From Candidatus Eiseniibacteriota bacterium (GTDB taxonomy: Bacteria > Eisenbacteria > RBG-16-71-46 > SZUA-252), in assembly GCA_963703225.1 (NCBI GenBank), contig OY969801.1, positions 2,016,001 through 2,080,000 on the forward strand: a DNA stretch of 64,000 nt, in the 5' to 3' direction. A program made the translations under genes and the position numbers. Below the pieces are notes generated by a model that saw only the letters and a program-made list of their open reading frames with translations, did no database searches and had not been told where the DNA came from. Below, one piece after another: positions 42,301 to 53,090 of this stretch (the stretch's first letter is position 1; every line of letters starts with the position of its first letter).

Positions 42301-45300
42301 TCTCGGTTCGGGTCCGGATTCGCGGAGCTGTATCCCGGCTCTTCGACGTCGTGTTTGCCGTCGAGACCGGTATCTTCGTCCCGGGCGAGCGCGTTGGCGT
42401 CGGTGCCGCTGTCGATGTCGAGCCTTCCGTCCCCGTTCTTGTCCTCGGTGTCGAGCTGGTTGTCGGGCGGGTTGTTCGGATCCCAGAAGGCATCCTCGCT
42501 CACGCGTCCGAAGTCGATGTGAAGCTTGGCCTGGGTCAGCGCGTGGTTGGGGGTGAAGTCGTTGATCCAGACCTCGACGTATCGGAGCTTGGAGAAATCC
42601 TGCCCCACCGTCCCGAACGACTGGGTGAGCCCCGTCCAGTTCGAGGTCACCAAACCCGACTGCCCGGCCGGCGGCTGGATGTTCATCTCGAGGACCGTCC
42701 GCAGATCCTCTCCCCCCTCCTCCTGGGTGAGGACTGGCTTCAAATCCCTTTCGATGGCGTAGGTCGGGACGTCCTTGGGCGGGTTGAACCACGACACGAT
42801 CGCGTGGTCAGCCGGCGTGTTGGGCAGTGGAGCCGTGGGGTTCACCGGGTCCCCGGTGTCGAATTTCGGCGTGCTCGACCAGAACCACTGGGTGCGGCTC
42901 AAGCTGGCCGTGTTCGACTCTCGGTTCCCCTCCATGTCGTCGATGTAGGCCTCCCCCGCCGTGTTGGGGTTGGGGACGCTCATCGACGCGTGCCCCTGGA
43001 TGTTGAGGGTCGACGGCGTGGTGGTCTTCACCCCGGGGATGGCGTTGGCGAACCCGGTCATCCAGACGGGGCGGAACGTCACCACGGACGCGACGTCGCC
43101 GATGATCGACTGGGCCGGCTCCTCCCCCAGCTTGGGGTTGGTCTCCTGGGCGCCCCGCTTGTCGTAGAGGACGCTCGACGTGAGGCTGAAGTTGGGCCCC
43201 GGGACGTACGAGGCCGAGGCCCCGAGGAGCGTGAGCTGCGTGGTGCCAAAGCCCGGCGCGAACGAGTAGTCCACGCTGATCGTCTGCTCGGGTCCGGGCG
43301 GCTTGGTGAACGTGAGCTGCCCCGCCGCGTAGTCGACGGTGTAGTCGACGCCCCGCCGCTGCGGGATGCCGTCGAGCTTCACCTGCTCGGAATTCTCGAG
43401 AACGTCGAACCGCCCCAGGAAGAACCCCTGCTGGCTGCTCTTGAAGTCGGCGTCGATGTAAAAGTGGGTGTCGCCAAAGGGGTCTGGATTCTTCATGTAG
43501 TAGACACGCCGGTTCGCCTCGCTCACCACACTCGGGGACCCCGTGCGGAGGATATTCCGCGTGTAATTGTCGAGGCAGTTGAACCCGCCGTAGCCGGGGC
43601 CGCAGAGGCCAAGCGAATCGCTCGTGTCCGGCGCGTACGGGTGGATGTCGGGGAAGAAGAGGACGCCGGTCGTCGTGTTGATGAACTGGGCGTCGATCCT
43701 CCCGTCGGGAGCGTCCGGCGAGTCCGATCCGGGGAGGCCCCGCTGGTCCAGACCCAGGATCCGGAGAAGCGGATCGCCACCCGGTACCAGCTCGGGATTG
43801 GTCGCCTGGCCCGCCTGGATCGAGCGGATCTTGAGATTCAGGCTCTCGAAGGCGATGTCCCGGCCGCCGAGGTCGTAGAAATTGCGAAGCTCGTAGAAAA
43901 GCGCTGGATACCAGGGCCCGTTCGGATTGATGAACCCGGTGGTGTCGCTCACAAGATCGTCGAACTTCGGCTTGATCATCTTCAAGAGATACGTGCCCGC
44001 GGGCTTCTGCAGCACCGGGTCGACCGCCTGCGCCGAGTCAGGGTCCCAGGTTCCGACCGAGAGGGGCAGTTGGCTGGGCTGGCCGCCCTGGAAGTCGAGC
44101 GCCTGATAGGCCACGGCGAGCATCTCCTGCGGGCCGAGCGCGGTCGCGAGCTTGATGACCGGGATCTCGAGGCCGGAGCTTCCTTCGACGAGCCATGGGT
44201 TGATCACGTCGTAATCGGTCCCCGCGTCGAGAGGGGCGAAATTCCCGAGCTGCTGGGGATTGCTGGAATTTGTCAGCGAGTCGTACGGGACGGTCGGATT
44301 GAGGCGCGCGAAAGCCTTTATGGCAGTGCCCGTGTTGTCGAGATTGAATCCGTTGTCCCGGTAGAGCTTGATCGTTCCGGGCTTGATCTTCACCGGGCGA
44401 TCGCTGATCAGGAAGTAGGTCCGCCTGATGTAGTCGAGGTCCGCGATCTGGACGTGCTTGTTGTCCCCGGAAGGGGTGAAGCGGGCGGTCTCGGTCTTGG
44501 CGTCCTGCTTGCTTGCGACCGTGGTCAGGTCGACGTTTCCCAGCTTGGCGACCGTCTTGATGCCGAAGAGCCCCTCCTGGCGGAAGGACGCGCCCTCCAC
44601 CGAGAGGTTGGTGTTCCCCAGCTCGACGAGGCGGATCATGTCGTCCTCGTCCCCCTCGTAGCGGAGCTTGACCTTGTTGTCGATGGAGGTCTGGACGTTG
44701 CTCGATTGGTCGACGTCGACCTTGATCCGGTCGCCGATCGATCCGGTCAGGTTCACGTTCATGTCCTGCTTCATCTCGAGGCTCGGGAATCCGCTCTGGT
44801 TCTTGCGCTCGGTCTGGACGCGGGGTCCCACGTTCCAGTCGCGCGTGCCGCTCAGGGTGATCGTCTCGCTCCCCGAGACCTCGATGTTCGGAGCGCCGTC
44901 GCCGACGATCGAGCGGACGAGCTTGGGAAGCTGGACCGGCAGCTCGACCCGGAAGTGCCCCCGGTCCGATCCTGCCCGCGCGACACGGAGCGCGTCTGGC
45001 GGGTCTTCTCGTTCCAGAGCTTGTGGACGTTCCGGTCGGTCAGGATCTGGTTGTACTCCTGCGGCGTGATGACCAGCGGCTCGCGAACCTCGACGTCGCC
45101 CTCGCGGTAGCTCTCGAGGATGGTGCCGCTCGATGGGATCGAAGGAGACCGCGATGTTCGACTCGCCGGTCGGGAAGTCCCCGCCAGGGCTGGCGGGGTG
45201 GAACTTCCAGTCCGACGGGGAGGCCGTTCCCGGGCTCCTGGGCGTCGCCCCGGACCAGCGCGCGGTCCGGGCTGGGCATGGCTCGAAACTGCCAGGGAGT

Positions 45301-45372
45301 TGCTTCAGCGCCACCCGCCCAGAAACCCAGGCAGAGCGCGATCGAGAAAAGCAGCCTCAGGCTTCGGCGCAT
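39325..45372 (-). CDS. sprA: SprA-family outer-membrane protein (T9SS translocon homologue), ~2,000 aa; indels near 45150-44990 and 40270
   Basis: Signal peptide; Q...VNLTG.IGD, N.VKL.YEGDEDD.I..VELGN, GLFGIK, DY.VDY..G, AYIDDMEG, PDTEDLN.DG, GEIWIDDLRL motifs; C-terminal Phe (FNGQFRF). Confidence 0.88.
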
Positions 45373-45582
45373 CGTCCCATGATGGGTGTATGGGTCCTCA
45401 GGGTGGCTCGGTCAGGGGAAGGGGCCGTCAGTACTTGAACCCCGCCGAGGACCTCTGGTTCGAGCCGGAACTGGCTCGTACGGCGTCGGATGGACACGCC
45501 GGGGATTGTTTGCGCCTGGCCCTCCCCGCTCCCTATACTGGCGCCGCCCACCCCGATCAGGGAGGTCCACCGCTCAAAGCGC

Positions 45583-46997
45583 ATGAGAATACTCGAACGA
45601 TACGTTCTCCGGGAGCATCTCTACCCGTTTCTCATCGGGTTCAGCATCGTCATCTTTCTGCTCAGTCTCGACTTCCTCTTCGATCTGCTCGACCTGGCGA
45701 TCGGCAAGGGGGTAGGCGCCGGAGTGGTCCTGGAGCTTTTCGTGCTCTCGCTCGGCTACATGGTCGCCCTCGCGTTTCCCTGCGCGGTGCTGATCGCCTG
45801 CCTCGCGACGTTTGGCAGGCTCTCCCAGGACAACGAGATCGCGGCGATGCGGGCGAACGGCGTCAACATGCTCCGCATCATCGGGGCGCCCCTTGCTCGG
45901 CGGCGACGGTCCTGGCCGGGCTCCTCGTTCTCTTCAACAACCACGTGCTCCCCGAGTCGAACCACAGGCTCGCGAATCTGATGGCCGACGTCGGCCGCAA
46001 GCGGCCGACCGCGACGATCACCGAGGGGGTTTTCATCGACGGGTTCGTGGGATACAGCATCTTCGTCGAGAAGGTGAACGATCGGACCAACGAGATTCGA
46101 GGGGTGAAGATCTATCAGCTCAATTCCGGCGCCCGACCCACCACGATCCTCGCCGATTGGGGGGTCATCCACAATTCTCCCGACGGGCGCGTGACCTCCC
46201 TCGAGCTTCACGACGGCGAGATCCACGAGGTCCCGCCCAACGACGCCGAGCGGACCTATCGACGCCTCATGTTCAAGACGCATGTCATTAATATTCGGAA
46301 CGTTGGGGGAGATCTGGAGCGACGCGACCGGGAGGCCCGCGGGGACCGAGAGATGAGCCTGGGCATGATGCAGGGCCATATCCGACAGATCAACCAGGAC
46401 TTGCGGGTCGCGGAGGCCCGGCGGGACCAGGTCCTGCATGACGCCGGGTTCAAGGACTATCGAGTCCTTTGTCAACGCGGCCGTCCCCCACCGCCCCTCT
46501 CAGCGGGATCCGGTCCTGGCTCCGGAACGCCCTCCGCGCCTTCTCCTCCGTCGGGATCGGCGAGAGCCCCCCGCCCACGCCGGTCGTTCCCGCCGCGGTT
46601 CGTCTCGCCGGTCACGGCGGACATCATCCAGATGCGTCAGCTCGAGGTCGACGCGCTCGACCGACGGGCCCAGAGCCTGGAGGTCGAGATCCAGAAGAAG
46701 TTTTCGATCCCCACGGCGTGCATCGTGTTCGTCCTCGTCGGCGCGCCGCTGGGGATCCGCGCGAGAAAGAGCGGAATCGCGGTGGCGTTTCTCTCGATTC
46801 TCTTCTTTGTCTTCTACTACCTCTGCCTCGCCGGCGGCGAGGAGCTGGCGGACCGGCAGCTCCTCTCGCCGTGGATCGCGATGTGGGCGCCGAATCTCGT
46901 GATGGGCGCGATCGGGCTCGTGCTGACGCTCCAGGCTGCGGAGATCATCCAGAGGCCGAGGCGCCGCCCGCGGCCCCGGAAGGCCGTGCCCGCGTGA
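45583..46997 (+). CDS. lptF: LptF/LptG-family permease (LptF-like); several indels
   Basis: MRILERYVLRE, GRLSQDNEIAAMRANG, EIQKKFSIP.AC.VF.LVGAPLG, AMWAPN motifs. Confidence 0.88.
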
Positions 46998-48079
46998 GGC
47001 TCCTCGACCGCTACATCCTCCGCGAGCAGCTCCTCTCCCTGTTCGCGGGACTGCTCTTCTTCACGTCGGTCTTCGTCATCGTCGACATCTTCGAGAAGCT
47101 CGACACCTTCATCGACAACAAGGTCCCGTGGCACACCGTCGCGACCTACTACGCGCGTCTCCATCCCGGGCATCGTGGTCCAGGTGCTGCCGATGGCGAT
47201 GCTCCTCGCTTGCCTGATCGCCCTGGGGCAGATCGGCCGGCACAACGAGCTGACCGCGATGCAGGCCGCGGGCATCGGAGTCGGGCGGATCGCCCTTCCC
47301 CTCTGGGCCCTGGCCGCCGTCGCGAGCGTCCTCGTCTTCGTCGTGAACGAGGTGGCGCTCCCGTCCCTGAACGCGAGCAAGCTCCGGATCTACCGCGTCG
47401 ACATCAAGAAGCAAAGCCTGGAAGGCGACGACCGTCCGGACCAACCTCGCCTACCTGGGACGGGAGGGACGGACGTTTCTCATCCGCACCTACAACATTC
47501 CGACGATGGAGATGCGCGAGGTGGTCATCCAGGAGATCAGCCAGCATACGCTGACGGGGCGGATCGACGCGGAATCGGCCCGGTGGGAGAACGGGCGCTG
47601 GGTATTCCGCCGCGGCTTCGTCCGTCGTTTCGACCGCGAGGGCGAGCACGCCGCGCAGTTCAACGAGCTGGTGATCCCCGGACTGGTCGAGGTCCCCGAC
47701 GATTTCGCCAAGGCCGAGGAAGATCCTCGGGCGCTCTCGTACTGGGAGCTGCAGAACTACATCGGGCGGCTGAGGCAGAGCGGCAGCCGGGTGCAGAAAT
47801 ACCTGGTGGAGCTCTACCTCAAGGTGGCGTTCCCGCTCACGAACCTGATCGTCGTCGTCATCGGCACCGCGCTCGCGCTCCGGGTGAGGCGGGGCGGGCT
47901 CGCCGTGAGCTTTGGACTGTCGGTCTTCATCAGCTTTGTCTATTACGCGTTCATCCGGACCGGGCAGGCGCTGGGCCACAACGGCGCGCTTCCGCCGCTC
48001 TTGGCCGCGTGGATGGGGAATCTCTTCTTCGCGGCCCTGGCGCTGGAGCTGCTTGCGCCGGGCCCGCCGCGGGGGGTAG
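46994..48079 (+). CDS. lptG: LptF/LptG-family permease (LptG-like); several indels, 3' end inferred
   Basis: GTG overlaps the lptF stop; LLDRYILRE, NELTAMQAAG, A.SARW, K.AFPL, LPPLLAAW..N motifs. Confidence 0.85.
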
Positions 48080-48098
48080 CGGTCGGGCGGCCCGCCGC

Positions 48099-48824
48099 TC
48101 AGTCGGCGGCGGTAATCCGGCCATCGCGGAGGACCGGCACCAGCGGGAAGCTGTCCACCCGGGCGCAGACGGCGAGATCGTCTTCAAAGCCGAGATCCAC
48201 GAGATCCCGTCCGTGCTCGCTCTTCCTCAAGATCGTTTCCGGCGCGTGCCCGTGCGCGCGGTCGTATTCCCGCGCCATCTCCGCCGCGTCGTTGAGCAAG
48301 ACCCCGCCGCCGCCGTCCGACAGCCGCCGAATGAGCGCGCCCGCGCACGCCGTGTCCTCGAGCGCGAATCTCCCGTTCTTTCCGGCGCAGACGATCGCGA
48401 GGTCGTGGCCTTCCGCGCGGACCGCGGCGGTCAGGGCGCCGACGTTCACGTAGGCGAGGAGCCGCTGCTCGTGGCCTTCGAGAAGGCCCGCCATCAGCGG
48501 GCTCGCGTTCGTCGAGGCGAAAATCAGCGTGGCGCCCTCCACCCGCTCCCGATCGTACTCACCGGGAGAATTGCCCAGGTCAAACCCGCTCACCTTGCGC
48601 CCGTCCCGCTCGCCGCAGAGGAGGAGCGACTTGGGGTCGAGGGTCTGCGCGAGCCGCGTCGCCTCCTCCACCGATTCGACGGGGATGATCTTGGCGGCGC
48701 GGTGGGCCAGCGCGACCACGATGGACGTGCAGCTTCGCAGGACGTCGACGATCACGATCTGCTGGTCGTCCAGCCGGGCGCGCTCCGCCTCGGAGGGCAT
48801 CAGATAGAGGTCGATCCGCTTCAC
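48099..48824 (-). CDS. comB: 2-phosphosulfolactate phosphatase family protein
   Basis: VIVDVLRSCTSI, LCGERDG, FDLGNSP.E, STN, FALED..CAG motifs. Confidence 0.9.
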   Translation of the reverse strand: MKRIDLYLMPSEAERARLDDQQIVIVDVLRSCTSIVVALAHRAAKIIPVESVEEATRLAQTLDPKSLLLCGERDGRKVSGFDLGNSPGEYDRERVEGATLIFASTNASPLMAGLLEGHEQRLLAYVNVGALTAAVRAEGHDLAIVCAGKNGRFALEDTACAGALIRRLSDGGGGVLLNDAAEMAREYDRAHGHAPETILRKSEHGRDLVDLGFEDDLAVCARVDSFPLVPVLRDGRITAAD

Positions 48825-50181
48825 GCCGGTTGCTTCCGGCCCGCGAGGAATTCCTCCAGGTAGCCGGTGTGAATTTCTCCGCGGCGGAACTTGTCGTCGG
48901 CGAGAACCTCGAGATGGAAGGAGAGCGTCGTGTCGATCCCTTCCACCACCGTCTCCTCCAGCGCCCGGCGCATCCGGCCGAGCGACTCGGTGCGATCCCG
49001 GCCCCAGCAGATGATCTTGGCGACCATCGAGTCGTAGTGGGGCGGGACGACGTACCCGGAGTAGAGATGGCTGTCGACGCGGACGCCGGGGCCGCCTGGG
49101 CCGTGGAAGTAGCGCACGGTCCCCGGCGAGGGCTGGAAATTCTGGTCGGGGCGCTCCGCGTTCACGCGGCATTCGATCGCGTGGCCCTGCATGGAGATCT
49201 CCCCCTGCTTCCACGGCAGGGGTTCGCCGGCGGCCACCGCGATCTGGGCCTTGATGAGGTCGAGCCTCGTCACCTCTTCGGTCACCGGGTGCTCCACCTG
49301 GATCCGCGTGTTCATCTCCATGAAATAGAACTCGCCGTCCGGGCCCGAGCAGAAACTCGATCGTCCCCGCGCCCTCGTAGGCGATCGCGCCGGCGCTCTT
49401 GACGGCCGCGCTGCCCATCCGCTCCCGCAGCTCCGGCGTAGAGCGCGACGCTGGGCGACTCCTCGATGAGCTTCTGGTGGCGTCGCTGGATCGAGCATTC
49501 GCGCTCGCCCAGGTGGACCACGTTTCCGTGCTTGTCGCCGAAGATCTGGAATTCGATGTGCCGGGGCCGCTCGACGTAGCGCTCCAGGTAGACCTCCCCC
49601 GATCCGAAGTTCGCCTCGGCCTCCGCCTGCGCGGTGAGGACGCCGTTTCGCAGCGAGGCCTCGTCGGTGGCGATCCGCATTCCCTTTCCGCCTCCTCCGG
49701 CCGCGGCCTTGATGATGACCGGGTAGCCGAGCGATTGCGCCACGGAGACCGCCTCGTCGGCCGAGCCGAGCACTCCCTCGCTCCCCGGCGTCACCGGAAC
49801 TCCCACGGCGGCCACCGTCTTTCGGGCGACCGACTTGTCCCCCATCGAGCGGATCATCTCCGAGGTCGGCCCGATGAACCGGATGTGGCACGACTCGCAG
49901 ACCTCGGCGAAGTGGGCGTTCTCGGAGAGGAACCCGTAACCCGGATGGATCGCGTCCGACGCCGTGACCTCGGCCGCGCTGATGATCCGGGGGATGTGGA
50001 GGTAGCTGGCCGAGGAGGGGGCCGGGCCGATGCAGACCGCTTCGTCCGCGAGGCGAACGTGGAGGGATTCGCGGTCGGCTTCGGAGAAGACCGCGACCGT
50101 CTCGATCTCCAACTCGCGGGCCGCGCGGATGATCCGGAGGGCGATCTCCCCGCGGTTGGCGATCAGGATTTTCCGGAACAT
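48821..50181 (-). CDS. accC: Acetyl-CoA carboxylase biotin carboxylase subunit; indels near 49440 and 49350
   Basis: [63 protein letters not shown] motifs. Confidence 0.96.
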
Positions 50182-50186
50182 GCCCG

Positions 50187-51309
50187 CTAGCGCGTTTCCT
50201 GCTTCTGGCGCTCGAAGGTCTGCCAGGACTCGTCCGACGTCGCGTGGATCCCCTTCACGCGGAGCTCGAATTCGGTCGGGTTGGAGCAGAAGCGAAGGGC
50301 GCTCTCGAGGCTGATCTTCTCGTCGGTATAGGCCTTCATGATCGACTGGTCGAAGGTCTGCATCCCGTACTGCGAGACGCCCTCGGAGATGACGCCCTGG
50401 ATGAGCGAGCTCTTCTCCCGATCGGTGAGATACTCTCGGATTGTCGCGGTCACCATCATGACCTCCGCCGCGGGAATACGGCCCGGCACGTCGGAGCGCG
50501 GTATGAGACGGAGCGCCACGACGGCCTGGAGCGTGGAGGAGAGCATGAATCGGACTTCCTCGTGCTCGTGCGGCGGGAAGAACGAGATGATCCGGTTGAT
50601 GGTCTGGGGGGCGTCGACGGTGTGGAGGGTGGAGAGCACGAGGTGCCCCGTGTCGGCGGCCATGAGCGCCGTCCGCATCGTCTCGGGATCTCGGATTTCA
50701 CCGATCAGGATCACGTCGGGATCCTGACGCAGGATGTGCCGAAGGCCCTCGGCGAAGGTCGCGGTGTCGAGGCCCACCTCGCGCTGGGAGATGGTGCTCT
50801 TCTTGTCGCGGAAGAGGAACTCGACCGGATCTTCGATCGTGATGATGTTCTTGGCCTCGCGCCGGTTCAGCGAGTCGATCATGGCGGCGAGGGTCGTCGA
50901 CTTCCCGCTCCCGACGGTGCCGCAGACCAGAATGAGCCCGCGCTGGCGCCCGGCCAGCTCCTCGATCACCGGCGGCAGGTTCAGCTCTTCGAACGCGGGA
51001 ATCGTCGCGGGAACTTGCCGGAAGACCATCGCGAACGTTCCGCGCTGCTGGTAGAAGTTCGAGCGGAACCGCGCCAGTCCCGTCACGCCGAAGGCGAAGT
51101 CGACCTCCTTCGTGTCCTCGAAGACCTTCTTCTGCTTGGGCGTCAGGATCTGATCGACGACCGCCTCCAGATCGGCCTGCGATGGGCGCCGGCTCGTCGA
51201 TCGCCACGAGCTCTCCGTTCACACGCGCGGAAGGCTTGGTGCCGACCTTCACGTGAAGGTCCGACGCCTTGAGCTCCACCATCTTCTGCAAGACGCGCTT
51301 GATGTTCAT
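50187..51309 (-). CDS. PilT/PilU-family type IV pilus ATPase; indel near 51175
   Basis: [54 protein letters not shown] motifs. Confidence 0.93.
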
Positions 51310-51329
51310 TCCGTTCCCCCCGCCCCTGT

Positions 51330-51781
51330 CTACGCGGCGCTTTCGGCTTCGACCTGGAAAGAGAACCTGCCCGTACTCCACGGGCTGGCCGTTCTCGACG
51401 AGGATGCTGGTGATTCTTCCTTTTACGTCCGATTCGATCTCGTTCATTAGCTTCATCGCTTCCACGATGCAGACCGTCTGTCCGACGTCGATCGGTGCTG
51501 TTTTCCTCGACGTAGGGGTCAGCGTCCGGCGCCGGGGAGCGATAGAAGGTGCCGACCATGGGAGACTTGATGGGGATCAGATTCGCGGCCGCCGCGTCTC
51601 CTTCGTGATTCTCCGAATCCGCCGCGGGCGCGGCGGGAACGTAGGCCGACGCCATGGAGGCGGGATCCGCTCCCGGGCGGCGGACCCGGATCGCCGAGAA
51701 AAGGCGCCGGACTTCGATCTCCGCGAGGTCCTCCTCGCGCATGATCTGGACCAGCTCCTGGATCGTCCGCCGGAGATTCAT
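51330..51781 (-). CDS. accB: Biotin carboxyl carrier protein; indels near 51495 and 51358
   Basis: [31 protein letters not shown] motifs. Confidence 0.93.
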
Positions 51782-52249
51782 TTCCGTTTGCGCCCCCGTC
51801 CCGCGGGAGAACGAAGGAGAAGCGCGGCGAGCGCCTGAAGCCCCAGCTCGTAGCTCTTGGGCCCAAACCCCATCACCACCCCGCAGGGCGGCGCTTCCGG
51901 TGATGCTCATCTGCCGTTCGGGGTCGCGCGCGTAGAGGTTCGTCATGTGCACTTCCACGATCGGAATCGAGACGGCGCGGAGCGTGTCGGCCAGGGCGAG
52001 GCTGGTGTGGCTCAGGGCCGCCGGGTTGATCACGCAACCGTCCACTTCATCCATGGCCATCGTGATTCGATCGATCAGGGCGCCTTCATGGTTGGTCTGA
52101 AACGCCGCGACGCGAAGCCCCAGCTCGCTCCCCAGCGCCACGAGGCGCTTGTCGATCGATTCGAGCGTCTCCCGCCCATAGAGCTCCGGCTCCCGCCGGC
52201 CCAGGAGACCGAGGTTTGGACCATGGAGAACCCAGACGTCCTTGGCCAT
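51778..52249 (-). CDS. aroQ: Type II 3-dehydroquinate dehydratase; indel near 51885
   Basis: HGPNL.LLG.REPELYG, FQTNHEG, INPAA..HTS, VEVH.TN motifs. The corrected frame ends in a TGA overlapping the accB ATG. Confidence 0.92.
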
Positions 52250-53079
52250 CAGCTTCCCGTGCCGCCCATGCGCCGGACCCATTGCTCGAAAGCCGAGCGG
52301 TTCCCCTCGACCAGAGGTCCCTGTTTGGGCGCGGGCGCGTCGGGCGTTTCGACGTCCGCCCCGGGCACCTCAGCCTCTGCGTGAGACGCCGTCCCGGATG
52401 CCGCGGCCTCCGGCTCGGCGGACCGTGGAGGGGATGGGGCCGTCTCCTGCGGCGCCGACCGGGCCGCCCGCTCGAGCGGGACATCCTGAAAGTCCTGCAC
52501 CTTCGCCGCGTACGGAACAGGAGGGGGTGGCGGGTCGAACCTCTCGATCGTGCGGAGGCCCAAGCCCAGCTCCGGAAGATGCTCCTCCTCGCGGGGGAGA
52601 CGGATCGGCTGCCACGATAGCTCGCCTTGCCCCACGATCACGTCGGCCGGCCGCACTTCCGAGAACTCGCCCGAGGTGATCTGGTGGAGCGCGGTTTGGG
52701 ACTCGAGATCGCCCGGATCGATCCGGCAGACCGCGCGGTAGTAGCCCGCCGCCCGATCGTGGTCGCCTTGATGGGAGAGGATCCCGGCGAGCGCCTTCAG
52801 CGCGACGACGTTCTCGCGGTCGAGCGTCAGCGCGGCGTCCAACTCGGCGCGGGCCTCATTCAGCCGGCCGTCCGCAAGATAGGCTCTTCCGAGAACGATG
52901 TGGTCGCCGACGCCGTGGCCCGGGCGGGTGCGACGCTCCTCGCAGAGTTGGATCGCCTCATCGAGGCGCCCCCGCTCCATCAGGCGCGCGGCCAGCTCTA
53001 GGTAAAGCGCGGAGGCCGGATCCTTCGCGACGATTTCTTCCAGCGGCAGGTCCGCCTCCTGGCGCGCTTGATCCCTCAT
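52249..53079 (-). CDS. Tetratricopeptide-repeat protein with low-complexity C-terminus
   Basis: LA..L...G.LDEAI, LGRAYL..G...EA, AL.LD.EN..AL TPR units. Confidence 0.8.
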   Translation of the reverse strand: MRDQARQEADLPLEEIVAKDPASALYLELAARLMERGRLDEAIQLCEERRTRPGHGVGDHIVLGRAYLADGRLNEARAELDAALTLDRENVVALKALAGILSHQGDHDRAAGYYRAVCRIDPGDLESQTALHQITSGEFSEVRPADVIVGQGELSWQPIRLPREEEHLPELGLGLRTIERFDPPPPPVPYAAKVQDFQDVPLERAARSAPQETAPSPPRSAEPEAAASGTASHAEAEVPGADVETPDAPAPKQGPLVEGNRSAFEQWVRRMGGTGS

Positions 53080-53090
53080 TTGGATCCCCC

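Noticed and set aside
40413..45110. 1565-aa plus-strand ORF and similar antisense ORFs over pnp, fabF and infB
   Set aside because: Shadow ORFs of well-supported minus-strand genes.
48099..49418. Apparent AccC-fragment/ComB fusion
   Set aside because: Product of the accC indels; comB has its own GTG overlapping the accC stop.
51143..52282. Apparent AroQ-AccB fusion protein
   Set aside because: One extra base near 51885 causes it; the corrected aroQ stops at a TGA overlapping the accB ATG.
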